A DNA stretch of 64,000 nt from Octopus sinensis (GCF_006345805.1 NC_043003.1:108686001-108750000); one strand, 5' to 3'. Shown: positions 26,513 to 39,175, counted from the first letter of the stretch. Program-made: numbers and translations. Notes: a model not told the origin generated them from the sequence alone.

Positions 26513-27294
26513 AATAATGATAATTCTTTCTATTATAGGCACAAGGTCTGAAAATTTGGGGAAAGGGCTCAACTGCTACTTATTCTATTGACCCCGAAAG
26601 GATGAAAAGCAAAACTGATTTTGGTGGAATTAGAACTCAGAAGGTAAAGAGCCTGAATAACAATTAAGCATTTTATTTGATGTGGTGAAAATTCTACCAG
26701 TTCTCTGCCATGATGATGATGATGACGTTACAGTCTATTTTTTTCCTACTACAAATGGACTAAAAGAGCTACAAAACAGGGATATTATTGTATAGACAAT
26801 TACTGCAAACATGATACCCCCATATCTATGAAGCAAAGCAGTGTTTATTTTGCACAGTGGAAATATAATGTCTTGATGCAACATTGCAATATACTCAAGT
26901 GAAGTGAATGGGAAAAAAAGAAACAGACAAAAAGAAAGAAAAATTATATAAAAATGCTACTGTCAAAATAAACTCTACCAGGTGAATTATAGTCATGAAA
27001 TGAACCTCAATTGATCTATTGGAAGTATGTGATGCATACTCGCATGGAATGATAAATACCACTACTCAGCCCATGAGAGAGAGAGGGGGGGAGAAAGAGA
27101 GAGAGAGGGCACAGAGAGATGGAGGGAGAGAGACTGAAATGTCATCTGAAGAAAGCTAGGATGGCAACAATTTTGAAGTAGTAGCAACAGTTGGCTTTGA
27201 TTTTAAAAAATATATATAAATTCAAAGGATTGAGTACTTTTTATCTTGTTCCTTATATAAAATTGGAAGTAGAGTGTGTGTTCTTACATTAACG

Positions 27295-27342
<48 letters not shown>

Positions 27343-29660
27343 TGCTACTACTAAAATTCTTTATATTATATTACAGTCAGTATATTACAGCTGTGATATA
27401 TAGACAGCAATATTCCTGGACACTAGTCCTGTGTCTGTGTGTAATATACACTAAACATACAAAGAAGATATATTTAGCACAAATTCAAATGAAACTGCAT
27501 TAAAATACCAACGATTTAGCTGCAATTACAACAGACCAATGTTACAAATCACTGAATCCTAGAAAAAGAACCATAAGCCGGACCTCACCAAAATCCAATC
27601 CAATTTCAAAAACTGGTGCCACAGATGTTTGGTGGGTCCTTCAATAGGATCAGTTCAATAGGAAACCAATGAACTGAAGCAATTGAAGACACCTACATCA
27701 CAAATTAACCAGAAAGTCTCGTTAGTCTGGTTTCAGAATGAAGATTATTTCCAAAAACAGTGAAAACTCAGTAATTCCTAACCACACATACACCACTATT
27801 CAAATCAACTTTTACTGGGAGTTGCTCTTTCCAAAGATTGATGTTCATACATGTCCTTAGGCCTGGTTTTGTGTGCTTAGATGCTATTTCTTTTGCTGAC
27901 CACTTTACAGAGTGGACTGGGTGCATTTTTCATGTATCAGCAGGAAAGAGATTGTTTTGCATCTGTCACGGCCAGGGAGTGAAAGTTGTAAGTTTTCTGT
28001 TGGGGCACAAGAGGGAAATATGTTGTGGAAAGAATAAGGTAGAGAGTAGACACAGCTAAGACATCTAGACTATGGAAGGGAAACAGGGGTTTGGAGTGAC
28101 ACCAGCAGAAAAGTCAGAAGTGGGAGGAGCAAGTAAGTAGTGAGAGTACACAGTAACCTTGGCTGCGTATATTTGCTGAAGTGATGAAAGAAGGGGATTA
28201 GAAGAGAGCATGAGGATGTGAGAAGGATCTGGATTGCAAAATGGAGTCAGGAAGCAAGAGACTGGCAAGAGCAGAGATGGATAACGGTTGGGTGGTTGGG
28301 TGGGTAATGAGATAAAATAAAGATTAGGGCAACAGACAAAGTGCTAAGGTTGAGGGAACAAAACTGAGGGTGGATGATGGGATAAGATAAAGATTAGGTG
28401 ATGGTTAGCAAATACAAGTGCTCTAATGGTTTGAGAGTGTGATGGCCGGCAGAAGAGTGAAGAGTTTAGGGGAGATGCAGTGGAGGGGTGGATTTATGAA
28501 GGCATGAGGGTGGCTTAATGCCGTCTCTGAGACCCGGGTCGAGTGAAGAGTGGGGGAATGAAAACAGTGAGGTGCTTTGATGCAATCTCTAATACGTAGG
28601 CCTGATGGAGAATAAAGTAGACTGATGATGGGGAAGTGAGCAACAGGGTGAAGAAGATGGGGCAGTTCAAGGGTCTCAATTGTTGTAAGGCAAGGGGACA
28701 ACAAGATGTACGATGCAAGCTTGGGAGAATACAAAGTATCTCAGCCCCTACACAGGATCCAAATGAAATTTCGTGTTCACTTTGTTTATAACCAGCCTGA
28801 CCTTGTTTGTGTGACCATAAAAACAAAAAGTGAACAAATAATAAAACCTAACTTGTCTTAATACCCACCCCACCCCACCATCTTTCAGGGCTACATGCAC
28901 CAGACAGAATTAACTTTGAACGAGGTAGAAAATTCTGGGGTAGTTTAGTCTCTTTTTGGAATCAACTCAGAAGAGGAAGGGCAATACCAGAGCCCATTGA
29001 AACACCTACAAGTAGGAAAGAAGAGGGGGGTAAGGTTACCTTCAGAGCAAAAAGTCTGGGCTGAATACTTGTAATGGAGTGGATTCTCTTAAAGGAATCC
29101 AAGGACCAGGAAGTGAGGCTCAACCAGAAAACAAACCAGTTCTACAACAAAAAGTTGCAATATTTTCCCATGCTAACTTGTTGTAGTTGTTGGTCGTGGC
29201 CATGCTGAAGCAGTACACTAAAGAGATTTAGTTGACTGTATCAACTCTAAAATTAATTTCTTTTTAAAACTCTGGTAATTATCTTCATTTATTACATCAC
29301 TGAGTCACAAGACAAACAGAGAATACGTATTGTTTTTCAATAAAGACAGACACATAATACCTGCACACACACGGGCTTCTGCATAGTTTCCTTCTGCCAA
29401 TTTCACTCAATAAACATTAGCCAATTCAAGACTGTATTAGAAGACACATGCCAAGATACCAAAAAGCAAAGAGACTGAACACAAGGCCATGTGGTTAGGA
29501 AGGACAGCTTCTTCACCACTTAATCATTCGGTTGTTCTAAAAATCTCAATAGCTGGAAGTTGTAAAGATTATATAGTGCCAACTGTTTGGTCCACAAGTA
29601 TGACAAAGCCTGTTGCTATCAGATTCAGACTTCTTCACAAGTAAAGACACTAACACATAC

Positions 29661-29707
29661 CTGCAGCTCTAGAAAGAGTTGTGTTTGTGCTGAAGGCTAC
29701 TCACTAT
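29661..29707 (-). other. Candidate 47-nt non-coding or poison exon
   Basis: Acceptor tctgtcaccttacag| and strong donor GCAG|gtatgt, with stops in all three frames. Confidence 0.25.
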
Positions 29708-30050
29708 CTGTAAGGTGACAGAGGTATCCGAAAGAGTATGCAGCAAACAGATTGATAATTGCACACACACACACACACACAGACAGACAGACAGAATATC
29801 ACCTAGCAAATATTTAAGTAGATAATTAAACAGGACAGCAGAGCTGAAGATGAAAGATAAAAAAGTATGAAAAGAGAAAGAGAAAAAAAGAAAAACAAAC
29901 AAAAATAATTTTTAAGCTGGAATAACTTGTTAATCTGAAAGGTCAAATAAACAAATAACAAAATGTAACAAAAATAAAATAAATAGAAAACAAATATAAA
30001 ATATCTCCTACTAGTTTTAGAAACATTTTCTCCTGCATTTCATTATTTAA

Positions 30051-30289
30051 CCCCTTTGATACCAACCAGCATGAGACCACCTGTAATTCTATGATAGAAA
30101 CTTCCTGCCAGTACTAAAATGATCTAAATATAAAACCTTTCATCAAAATTTCAAGCTAATTTATGTCCAAAGCACCAGTTTGAATGATAAAGTAATTCTG
30201 AAGATAACAAAGAATTTCATAAAATATCAAAATTTTTATTATTTTCAAAATCATTTGAAACAAAAAGCAGAAAAATAGTAATGAAAGGG
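30051..30289. mobile_element. piggyBac-like MITE, family P2
   Basis: TTAA|CCCCTTTGATAC ... TAATGAAAGGG|TTAA; interior shared with 6.4-6.6, 53.3-53.5 and 62.35-62.55 kb. Confidence 0.75.
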
Positions 30290-30688
30290 TTAATAACCAT
30301 CCCCTTATTATCCTCAATTCATTGTGTATACATATCCCCTATGCATACACATGTAAGTATAAATTGGTATACAGTTTGCACACCAATTTATCCCTTGATG
30401 TGTGTGCATAAATATGAAAACAGACAAAGGGGAGAAAGAACTGTAAATTCTTTTGGGGAAAAAAAAGGATAAAGTGGATAGAGTTGGAAGAAGAGGCTAA
30501 GAGGAAAACGCTAAGCAAGTAATAACAACAACAACAGCAAATACATGAATTTATGAATGAGATATGAAACAGGTAGCCTACACTAATTAAAAAGCCCAAG
30601 TACGCAAGTTGTGTCAAACAAGCAGATCATTTGAATCAGCATCATAAATTTCACACACACAAACTCTCTATCTCTAATACACACACAC

Positions 30689-30741
<53 letters not shown>

Positions 30742-31028
30742 GGGAGAGTTTACAAAAAAAACAAAAGACGAAGATAGGTGGTGTACAAAACAAACAGATG
30801 TATTAGTATAACACTCAGGAATAGAAAAAGTCTTTTACGTTTCGAGCCTACGCTCTTCTACAGAAAGGGACACAGAAAAAAACAAGGAGAGAAACACACA
30901 CACAAACTCTTATATATATATATATATATTACACACACTCGTATATACATATACACACATTCTCATATGTATGTATATATATGTATGTGTGCATGTAAAC
31001 TCTCACACTCACTTCTAAGCATGCTCAC

Positions 31029-31900
31029 ATAAAGCCTTTCAAATTTAGGTTCTTCACTATTCTGCTTATTTGGCAAAAAAAAACAGTAAAGCACCTACTT
31101 TCAGTATCCACAACAGCAGATAGTAAGGATGACAATAACCAGGTAGAAAAAGCAGCCAACAAACCTCTGAAATCCTTCACTGATTGTTTCAAAGATGGGC
31201 TTTGCACACCACTGACAATTAGTAGTTAGTTAATTATCCGGTAAATGAGACACCCGACAAAATTTTCTTTCCTTTTTTTATATTTGTGTTTTCTTGTTGG
31301 CTTTTTTTCCTCTTTCACTTTCATCACAGTTTTACAGCCAACTATACCGGACAAGTGACAGTAGTTTGGATATGGATATATATATATATATATATTATAC
31401 CTTAACACAAGTATCTATAATGTGTGTTTATATGTGATTGTCATAAGTATAGAACTAACAACCAGGCAAGTATAGAAAATAGTTGCAAATAGTTGTGTGA
31501 CACACGTGTATGTGTGAAATGTGTGTATGTGTGTGTGTATTTCTATGTGTATCTGTATATGCTTATGTGTTGTTATGAGAAGGGACAGTGATTGAGGTTG
31601 TTGTTGTTGTTGCCGGCTGCCGTGATGCTATACAGCTGATCTAACTGTGGGCCCTGCTCGCCAGCCAACTGCTGTACAACACAGAACTGTACAACAGATC
31701 AATACTGAAGTGGTTACCAAAATCTACCTCTGTAGTGTTTACTACTGCTGCTGCTGCTGTTTTGCGGTTGAAGCTGCTGCTGTTGCTGCAGCCAGGCAAG
31801 GCAAGGTTGATGCTAACGTGTGTCTGTGTGTCTGTGTGTCTGTGTGTCTATGGCAAAGCTGCTAGTGCTCCGGTTGCCATCGCAATTTGATTACGCTTTT
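31029..31900 (-). promoter_or_regulatory. Candidate alternative promoter / 5' UTR first exon ending in AT|gtgagc
   Basis: Unique sequence with CAG/CAA runs, flanked by (TC)n/(CA)n. The phase-2 donor at 31029 would join exon C as AT|G. The 5' boundary is a guess. Confidence 0.35.
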
Positions 31901-31939
31901 CTTTCTGTCTATCATATCTGTCCTTCTCTCTCTCTCTCC

Positions 31940-31974
<35 letters not shown>

Positions 31975-32400
31975 TCACAAATGAATATACTTCTTTTCAT
32001 GCCTTCCATAATTATTAAAGTATCAGACTAGAGTGGTAACCTGGTTGAATTGCTGGGTTCTGGGTGTCTACATTCCGAGTTCAAATCCTACCGTATCCAA
32101 CTTAGACAACAGACTTAATTTGTCATTTAGTTTCATACCACCACCTGTCCCTTGCATGATTTTAGCTAAGTTCACTCTGTTGGGACATCCTCCTTCGCCA
32201 TTATTATCTGTCATGTCCTTGAAGCTCTATTAATGGATTATAGATACCACCCTCTGAGCTGACCTATTACTGTCGCCTTCTCTTGTCATCATGTGATAGT
32301 CGTAAACAAGTGTCACCATCATGCAAGCAGTGTCTATTTCTAATCTTCTGTAGAAACATGCCTTGACATGGGGAAATATTAACCATATTTGGAAACAGAT

Positions 32401-32635
32401 TTAGGTGGCGAGCTGGCAGAAACATTAGAAAGGCCGGGCAAAATGCTGATTGGTATTTTGTTGGCTGTTACGTTCTGAATTCAAATTCCCCTGAGGTCAA
32501 CTTTGCCTTTCATCCTTTTGGGGTTGATAAATTAAGTACCAGTTACGCACTCAGGTCAAGGTAATCGACTTAACCCCTTTGTCTGTCTTGTTTGTCCCCT
32601 CTATGTTTAGCCCCTTGTGGGCAATAAAGAAATAA
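32401..32635 (+). mobile_element. Full-length SINE family B nested in a family G copy
   Basis: 10-bp TSD GGAAACAGAT at 32391-32400 and 32636-32645. Confidence 0.9.
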
Positions 32636-33486
32636 GGAAACAGATGAAGAATGGCAATAAAGACACCTGACCATAGAAAATCTGCCTTAACAAATTCTGT
32701 TTGACCCGTACTAGCATGGAAAAGTAGATTTTAAAATGATGATGATGTTGTACATGCATGCGCACACACACACATATATGATTGGTTTCTTTTAGTTTCT
32801 GTCTACCAATTCTACTCAGAGGGCTTTGATCAGCCTTGAGGCTATAGTAGAAGATATTTGTCCATGTTCCCACACAGTAGGACTGAACCCGGAGCCATGT
32901 GGTTGAGAAGCAAGTTTCTTATCACATGACCATGACTATCCCCCACCACCAGTGGTGTTTGCTTACACCTCTGTAACTTAGAGGTTTGGCAATAGAGACC
33001 AGTAGAATAAGTACTAAGCTTAAATAATAATAAAAATTAGTACTAAGGTCAATCCATTTGACTGAAAATTTTTCAAGGCAACGCTCCAACATAATTAGTC
33101 TTTAAGGCTGAAATAAGTAAAAGATAAATGGTAAAAAGGTGTGTGTGTGTACAAACATTTATGGACATTGGGATGGTTTCTACTTCTCATAACTACCTCA
33201 CAGCATTTCTTACCCATCACGATCACGTTGACCTCTCCTCCTCACTGTGTTGGGCAAGTGTTGAGCCTTTCTCCCTACCACCTGAGATAAGGATCATGGT
33301 CCCTGGCCCCTCTCCTGCTTAACTGGCCAAAAAAATAATGAGAGAAAGAAAGACAGAATTCTATTCCATTTATTGATACTGTAATGTTTTTTTTTCTTTC
33401 TTTTACATCTCGCAACTAGAAAGCCTAGTTCTCTGAGCTGCCACCCACACTGTGCCCCTCACCTCTCAAACCCTGCACTAAATACC

Positions 33487-33940
33487 TCACCCCACTACCA
33501 TCATAGCATTACGGAGGTCCTGGTGCTGGATGCCTGTATCCCTGGAGATTACATCAGGATAGGAGAGTGTGTGCTGTCTGGTATCGCGAGCAGATGGCTT
33601 CCAGAGGAGAAGAGTAGAAATTACCTCATTTTCAGCTCTACAACAATGTCCAGCAAACTGGACTTTTCTACCTTTCACAAGAGATGATACAGGTGGTAAT
33701 TTCCCATATATTTGTACTTTGGTTGGATGACGCTTCCACGAGAGATTTTGAGCTCTGATAAGGAAGCGAGTGTAAGTTCTATCCAACCGCCTGTCAAGCT
33801 TCTTTGATAACGTCCAGGTTTCTGAGCCATATAGTAGAATTGGTTCGACTGTGGCTTTGAAGATTTCAAGTTTGAAATCTCTACTTAGATTTGATGAACA
33901 GATCTTATGTATATCATTAGAGGCTGACCCCACTATCCTT
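33487..33940 (-). mobile_element. RTE-clade LINE ORF2 fragment (post-RT region)
   Basis: KLEIFKATVEPILLYGSETWTLSKK...QFAGHCCR; LLYGSETW is a typical RTE motif. Confidence 0.92.
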
Positions 33941-34014
33941 CTTCCCCTGCAATATATCTCTTTGAAATTCTTCCCTCAGCCCATAGTTTTTCAACAGATA
34001 TCAATCTATTGAGT

Positions 34015-34160
34015 CTAGGACATTTACCCCCCCAAGGACAATAACCACCCCAAGGACAACAGATGATGATTTAAAACTTCTTAATATATTGGAAAGGGGG
34101 TAATTCACTAAGGGGAGGTAAATGTCCTAGGGGGTAGTTATTGTCTGGGGTAATTGTCCA
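34015..34160. mobile_element. Small non-autonomous element with inverted arrays of GGACA(A/T)TTACCCC motifs
   Basis: Perfect inverted repeat CTAGGACATTTACC (34015-34028) / GGTAAATGTCCTAG (34117-34130), plus further motif copies on both sides. Confidence 0.55.
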
Positions 34161-34593
34161 AATACACAATCTACTACTGCTGCTTTAACTGCGTATCAGC
34201 CACATTAATTTATTTCACCAGCCTGGGAGACTCTTTGATACTGTCCCCGCCTCCAATGACCAATGCTAAAAACAAAATTTCTCTTCTACATGATGACAGG
34301 ACACATGTATAATAATTACAAATAAAATGTGTACCAGCACTATGAAAACACCCAGCATATTTGTGATCCCTAATATCTCTTTCATAAATGTGTGTTTGTG
34401 CGTGTGTGTGTGTGTGTGTGTAAATGTCAAATGAAGAGAGTGAGTGCTCAACACCGCATTGGTGGATTAATTTGTTTATGTATTAAGGCTACCAATGGTT
34501 TCATGTTAAGTATCTTATGATCTTTAATAATTTTTCAAGCCAATCACATGGAGGAATAGTGTCCGTCTCCATTTTGGATGAAAACACACGCGT

Positions 34594-34940
34594 GAAGGTG
34601 CATGGCTCAGTGGTTGGAGTGTGGGTTCCACAATCATAAGGTAGTAGAGTTTGATTCCTGGACTGAACTGTGTGATGTGTTTTGAGCAAGATGCTTCATT
34701 TCACGTTGCTCCAGTTCACTCAGCTGCAGAAATGAGTTGTGACATCACTGGTGCCAAGCTGTATCGGCCACTTTTGCCTTTCCCTTGGGTAATATCAGTG
34801 GTGTGGAGAGGAGAAGCTGGTATGCATGGGTGATTGCTGGTTTTTTATAAACAACCTTGCCAAGACTTGCACCTTGGAGGGGAACTTTCTAGGTGCAATC
34901 CTATTGTCATTCAGGACTGAAGTGGGGGGGGGGTCTTCCA
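34594..34940 (+). mobile_element. tRNA-derived SINE, family D
   Basis: A box TGGCTCAGTGG, B-box-like GAGTTTGATTCC, core TTGAGCAAG...GTTCACTCAGCTG. Confidence 0.8.
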
Positions 34941-35769
34941 TTTATACACACACATATAAATAAACACATATATAAATAAGCACATACACAAACATATAGA
35001 CATACACATACATAAATAAACACATATACACACACATATAAATACATATACACACACATACTTGTATGTTCTCATATTATTAGTGTTAGTTAAGGTGACA
35101 AGCTGGTGACAGCACAGCATGCCAGAGAAAACGCTTAGTGGCATTTTTCTGTCTGTATGTTTCAAGTTCAAATTCTGCCAAGGTCACTTTTGCCGTTCAA
35201 CCTTTTGGGGTTGATGAAAATAAATACCAGTTGAGTACTGGGGTCGATGTAATTGACGTAATCCCTCCTCAGAAATTACTGGCCTAGTACCAACATTTGA
35301 AACCATTGCTGGTGTTAGTCATTGGACTGTAGGCATGCTGGGGCATAACTTTATTTTGATAAAGTACCTTTTTGGTACTTTATCAACTTCAGAAGGAAAA
35401 GTAAAGCCAACCTTCAAGTGCAAATAGACGTAGCTAAATTATTCTTCTCATGAATTCTGTCTGTCTCTCAACTTCATATATTATTCATATGCACACACAT
35501 ACACACACACACACACAAATGTGGAAGGCTCCTGCATATTTCCTGACAAGACCATTCAGTTGTTTTATCAACTGCTCAACTTTCTCATTCCAACTAACAC
35601 CTAAGTGGCTGAGTATTCCACAGAGACATGTGTATCCTTACAACAATACTGAAGCAGACTCAGCACTACACAATGTGTAACAAATGCAGATGAAACCCAT
35701 CAGATGCGCTTCCACACAGTTTCCATCAAGCCAGTCAGCTCTTGGGGCTTGTACCAACCCAAGACTATG

Positions 35770-36018
35770 GAAAAAAATATTCCATAGAGTCGCCAGTGTT
35801 GCTGGACTGGCTCCTGTGCAGGTGGCACATAAAAAGCACCATTTGGGCATGGCCGTTGCCAGTACTACCTACTCTCGGAGTGGTAGGCGTTAGGAAGGGC
35901 ATCCAGCTGTAGAAACTCTGCCAGATGAGATTGGAGTCTAGTTCACCAGACCTCAGTCAAATCGTCCAACCCATGCCAGCATGGAAAGCGGACGTTAAAT
36001 GATGATGATGATGATGAT
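35770..36018 (+). mobile_element. Repeat family C copy (well preserved)
   Basis: Core and tail GGAAAGCGGACGTTAAAT(GAT)n. Confidence 0.85.
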
Positions 36019-38163
36019 GCCAAGTAATGAGATTGAACCTTAGCTTTTATGATTGGGAAAAACAACTGAACCACTGGACTATATATAAACATTCATATAC
36101 ATACACACTGCATGTCTTAATTACTTATTTGATAGTAAAAACTACATGTGTTGTTGTTTTGGTAGCAGTTGAAATACCAATAACTACAAGCTAGACTAAG
36201 CAACACCTAAGGTATTGAAGAACATAAACAGCTGAGGTAAGAGGTGGGGCAGAATTCAAATGCATGAAACGAGGAGGGCAGAAGGAAAGGAAAACAAAGA
36301 TTAAAAGAGAAAAAAAAAATCCATCTCAATTAATGGTAGTGAAGTGGTGGGCAATAGAAACAAACAAACAAGAAAACAGAAAAAAAAGAAAATATGAACA
36401 AATTCAATTCATTTATCAACATATTGAAAACTACAAAGGAACAAAAAACAAAAACAGCTCACATTTTACATAGGACCCTCTCTCTAATAAACGAGAATAA
36501 TTTTGCTCTCTCTCTCTCTCCTCTCTAACGCACTATCGCATAATGCATGCATGCATGCAACTGCAGGCACCTGAAGCACATAGAAATTGTGCATGATGCT
36601 GAAGGGCAGAAGAAAAAAAAACTGAATAAAAAAAAAAGATGATAGACAAAAAATGAAATATAAAATATCAATAATGATAATAAAATACTTTGCCATTTTC
36701 TTGAATAGTAAGAAAATGGCAATGAGTAAGTTTCTTGAAGAATAAAAAAAAAATTGACAAGTTACAAAAGGAATAGGAAAGGAGAGAGAGAGGGAGAGCA
36801 AGAGAAGAGAAGAGAGAGAGTGATTTATAATGAAAAAAATAAATAAATAAAATGTTCCAATATGTGTATAGAAACTAGATGCAGGATATTTCATTACAGA
36901 TGAGGGGGGAGAGAGAGAGGGTGGGAGAGAGAGAGGGAGTTTAATGGAGGATTAGGGTTGACAGAGGTTTTTTAGAATGGGGTGCAACAATGTGGTGCCG
37001 CATGATGACAGTGTGGGGTGGTGGAAGAAAGGGTAGAAGGGGTGGGAAAGAGGATCATGGCAGCAGTGGCGCAGGATTGTGTGAGGGTAGGGACTGTCAG
37101 GTGATGGCGAGGGGGGTAGAAAATGTAAGGTGAGTAGTGGAGGACTGTAGTGGTATTAGTGTCAGTCAGAGGGGTGCAAAACGAGTGCAAGATGAAAGTG
37201 GGAGGAGGTGTTAAAGTGGTGCAAGATGGTGGGGTGGGGGGGCAGACTGGTGGTGGCCCTGGCATCACGAGAAGAGACGAATAATTAGATGATGATGATG
37301 ATGGTGGTGGTTTTGGTGGTGGAAGTAGAGGGCACAGCTGAGTGGTGCAGAATAGTTGTGAGTCGGGGAGAGGACAGTGATAGAGGCGGCAGAGTTAAGA
37401 AAGTGCTGACTGTGTCAGGCAGTGGTTGGTGCCATGCAGAGGAGGTGGTGGTGGTGGTGGAGCTGATGTCAGGGGGGGGGGTTGAATGCAAGCAACAGAA
37501 GTGGAAAACAAGCGGTTGCAACACGAAGAAAAGAAATACAGAAATGAAAAAGAAAGATTTGGAAAAGGAAAAGGAAATTCATTAAATTTAAAATTATTAT
37601 CATATACACACCCCTCTACACCAGCCCCACTATACTCCACCCAACCTGCTGCTCCCATAGAAAAAAAGGAAAAAAACTCATTCATAAACATTCCTGAAGC
37701 TTCCTGTTCTTTGATAATGGCAAATGGAAATAAACAAATATAAAATAAATGAATAAATAAATAAATACAAAACTCCCGATGTTTTGCTGAAGTCTTCTGT
37801 ATTTTTGTTTTCTTTCAACAACCAGTCTAACCTCTAACACTATCTAATGGAAACCAACAAGTTATTACAACAGAAGGACGACGATGATGATGACGATGAT
37901 GATGATGACAACAGTAATAGATTTCTTTGACATATATATTTGTAAACAAGGAAATTTAAAATTTCCTTCAAATATTAAGGCCTATGAAAACTAGGTAAAG
38001 CTCAATGTAAATAAATGATCCAAGAAACTGTGAGTGTGTGTATTCTCTCATTTGTTTCACTCATTTGACTGCGACCATGCTGGAGCACCACCTTGAAGGG
38101 TTTAGTTGAACAAATTGACCTTGGGATTAATTTGTTTTAAGCCTAGTACTTATTCTATCAGTC

Positions 38164-38580
38164 TCAACTGCTATTTCCAGCAAAAATTGGTACCTTGTTG
38201 TGAAACTATTTCCTATTTATAATTCTACCTTTATGGTATTGTAATGTTTATAATTTTTAAATAAAACTTTTTCACCGATCTTGGTTCTGTTTATGCCTGG
38301 GGCTCATGACTGAGTATATAGGTACTGGTGTAGCAGACTTTTTAAAATTTAGTCTATCGGCAGACCAATCAGTATTGAGATAACAAACGTATTCTGAAAA
38401 GTTCAAAACTCGAGTACTAGGTTGTCCATTTCTCTGGAATTCTTCCCAGAGATAAGACGAAAATTTTCTTATGTTGGCTGCCTGCACACATTCAGTGAAG
38501 TTTTACCTAGCATTGTACAGTCATCGACTGCTATCTCCAGCAAAAACTGGTACCTTGTTGTGCCACTATTTCCTATATAT
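38164..38580. repeat. 57-bp direct repeats 360 bp apart
   Basis: 38164-38220 and 38524-38580 differ at 6 of 57 positions. Confidence 0.9.
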
Positions 38581-38620
38581 ATACACACACACACATATAT
38601 TGGCAGTGCTCCAGCATGGC

Positions 38621-38797
38621 AAGGCGGTGAGCTGGCAGAAACGTTAGCATGCTGGGTGAAATATTTAGTGGCATTTCGTCTGTCTACATTCTGAGTTCAA
38701 ATTCTGCCGAGGTCGACTGTCTTTCATCCTTTTGGGGTCGATCAAATCGACTGGCCCCCCTCTCCAAAAATTTCAGGCCTTGTGCCTAGAGTATAAA
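38621..38797 (+). mobile_element. SINE family B inserted into a family A tail
   Basis: TSD AGTGC(T/A)CCAGCATGGC on both sides (ending at 38620 and 38813). Confidence 0.85.
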
Positions 38798-38879
38798 AGT
38801 GCACCAGCATGGCTGCAGTCAGCTAACTGAAACAAGTAAAAGAATACACACACACACACACACCCACACACACAAATAA

Positions 38880-39175
38880 AGGCACATGGCCTAGTGGTTT
38901 GGGTGTTGCACTCATGATAGTGAGATTGCAGTTTTGATTCCCAGATTGGGCAGCGTTATGTTATGTTCTTGAGCCAAACACTGTTTCACACTACTTCAGT
39001 CCACTCAGCTGCTGTTAATAAGTAAACTTGTAACGGATTGGCATTCGGTGGTTCAGACGGAATGTTGGCCTGCAGCCGAACTAGCAAGATAGCATCATTT
39101 GAAAGCGAAAACAATGTGATAAAGTGCATTATGACCAGTTGTGTATAACCACATCTGATATTCTGGTCGGTACAG
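38880..39175 (+). mobile_element. tRNA-derived SINE, family E
   Basis: GGCACATGGCCTAGTGG A box; TTCTTGAGC...GTCCACTCAGCTG core related to family D. Confidence 0.7.

Noticed and set aside
28065-28830. Overlapping minus-strand ORFs in a purine-skewed block, possibly a decayed retroelement
   Set aside because: No RT, endonuclease or GIY-YIG motif could be confirmed by eye.
29040-29141. 102-nt minus-strand exon-like segment (ttgttgtag| ... AAG|gtaacc)
   Set aside because: Open only in phase 0; the surrounding intron is phase 2, where it contains a stop. No other support.
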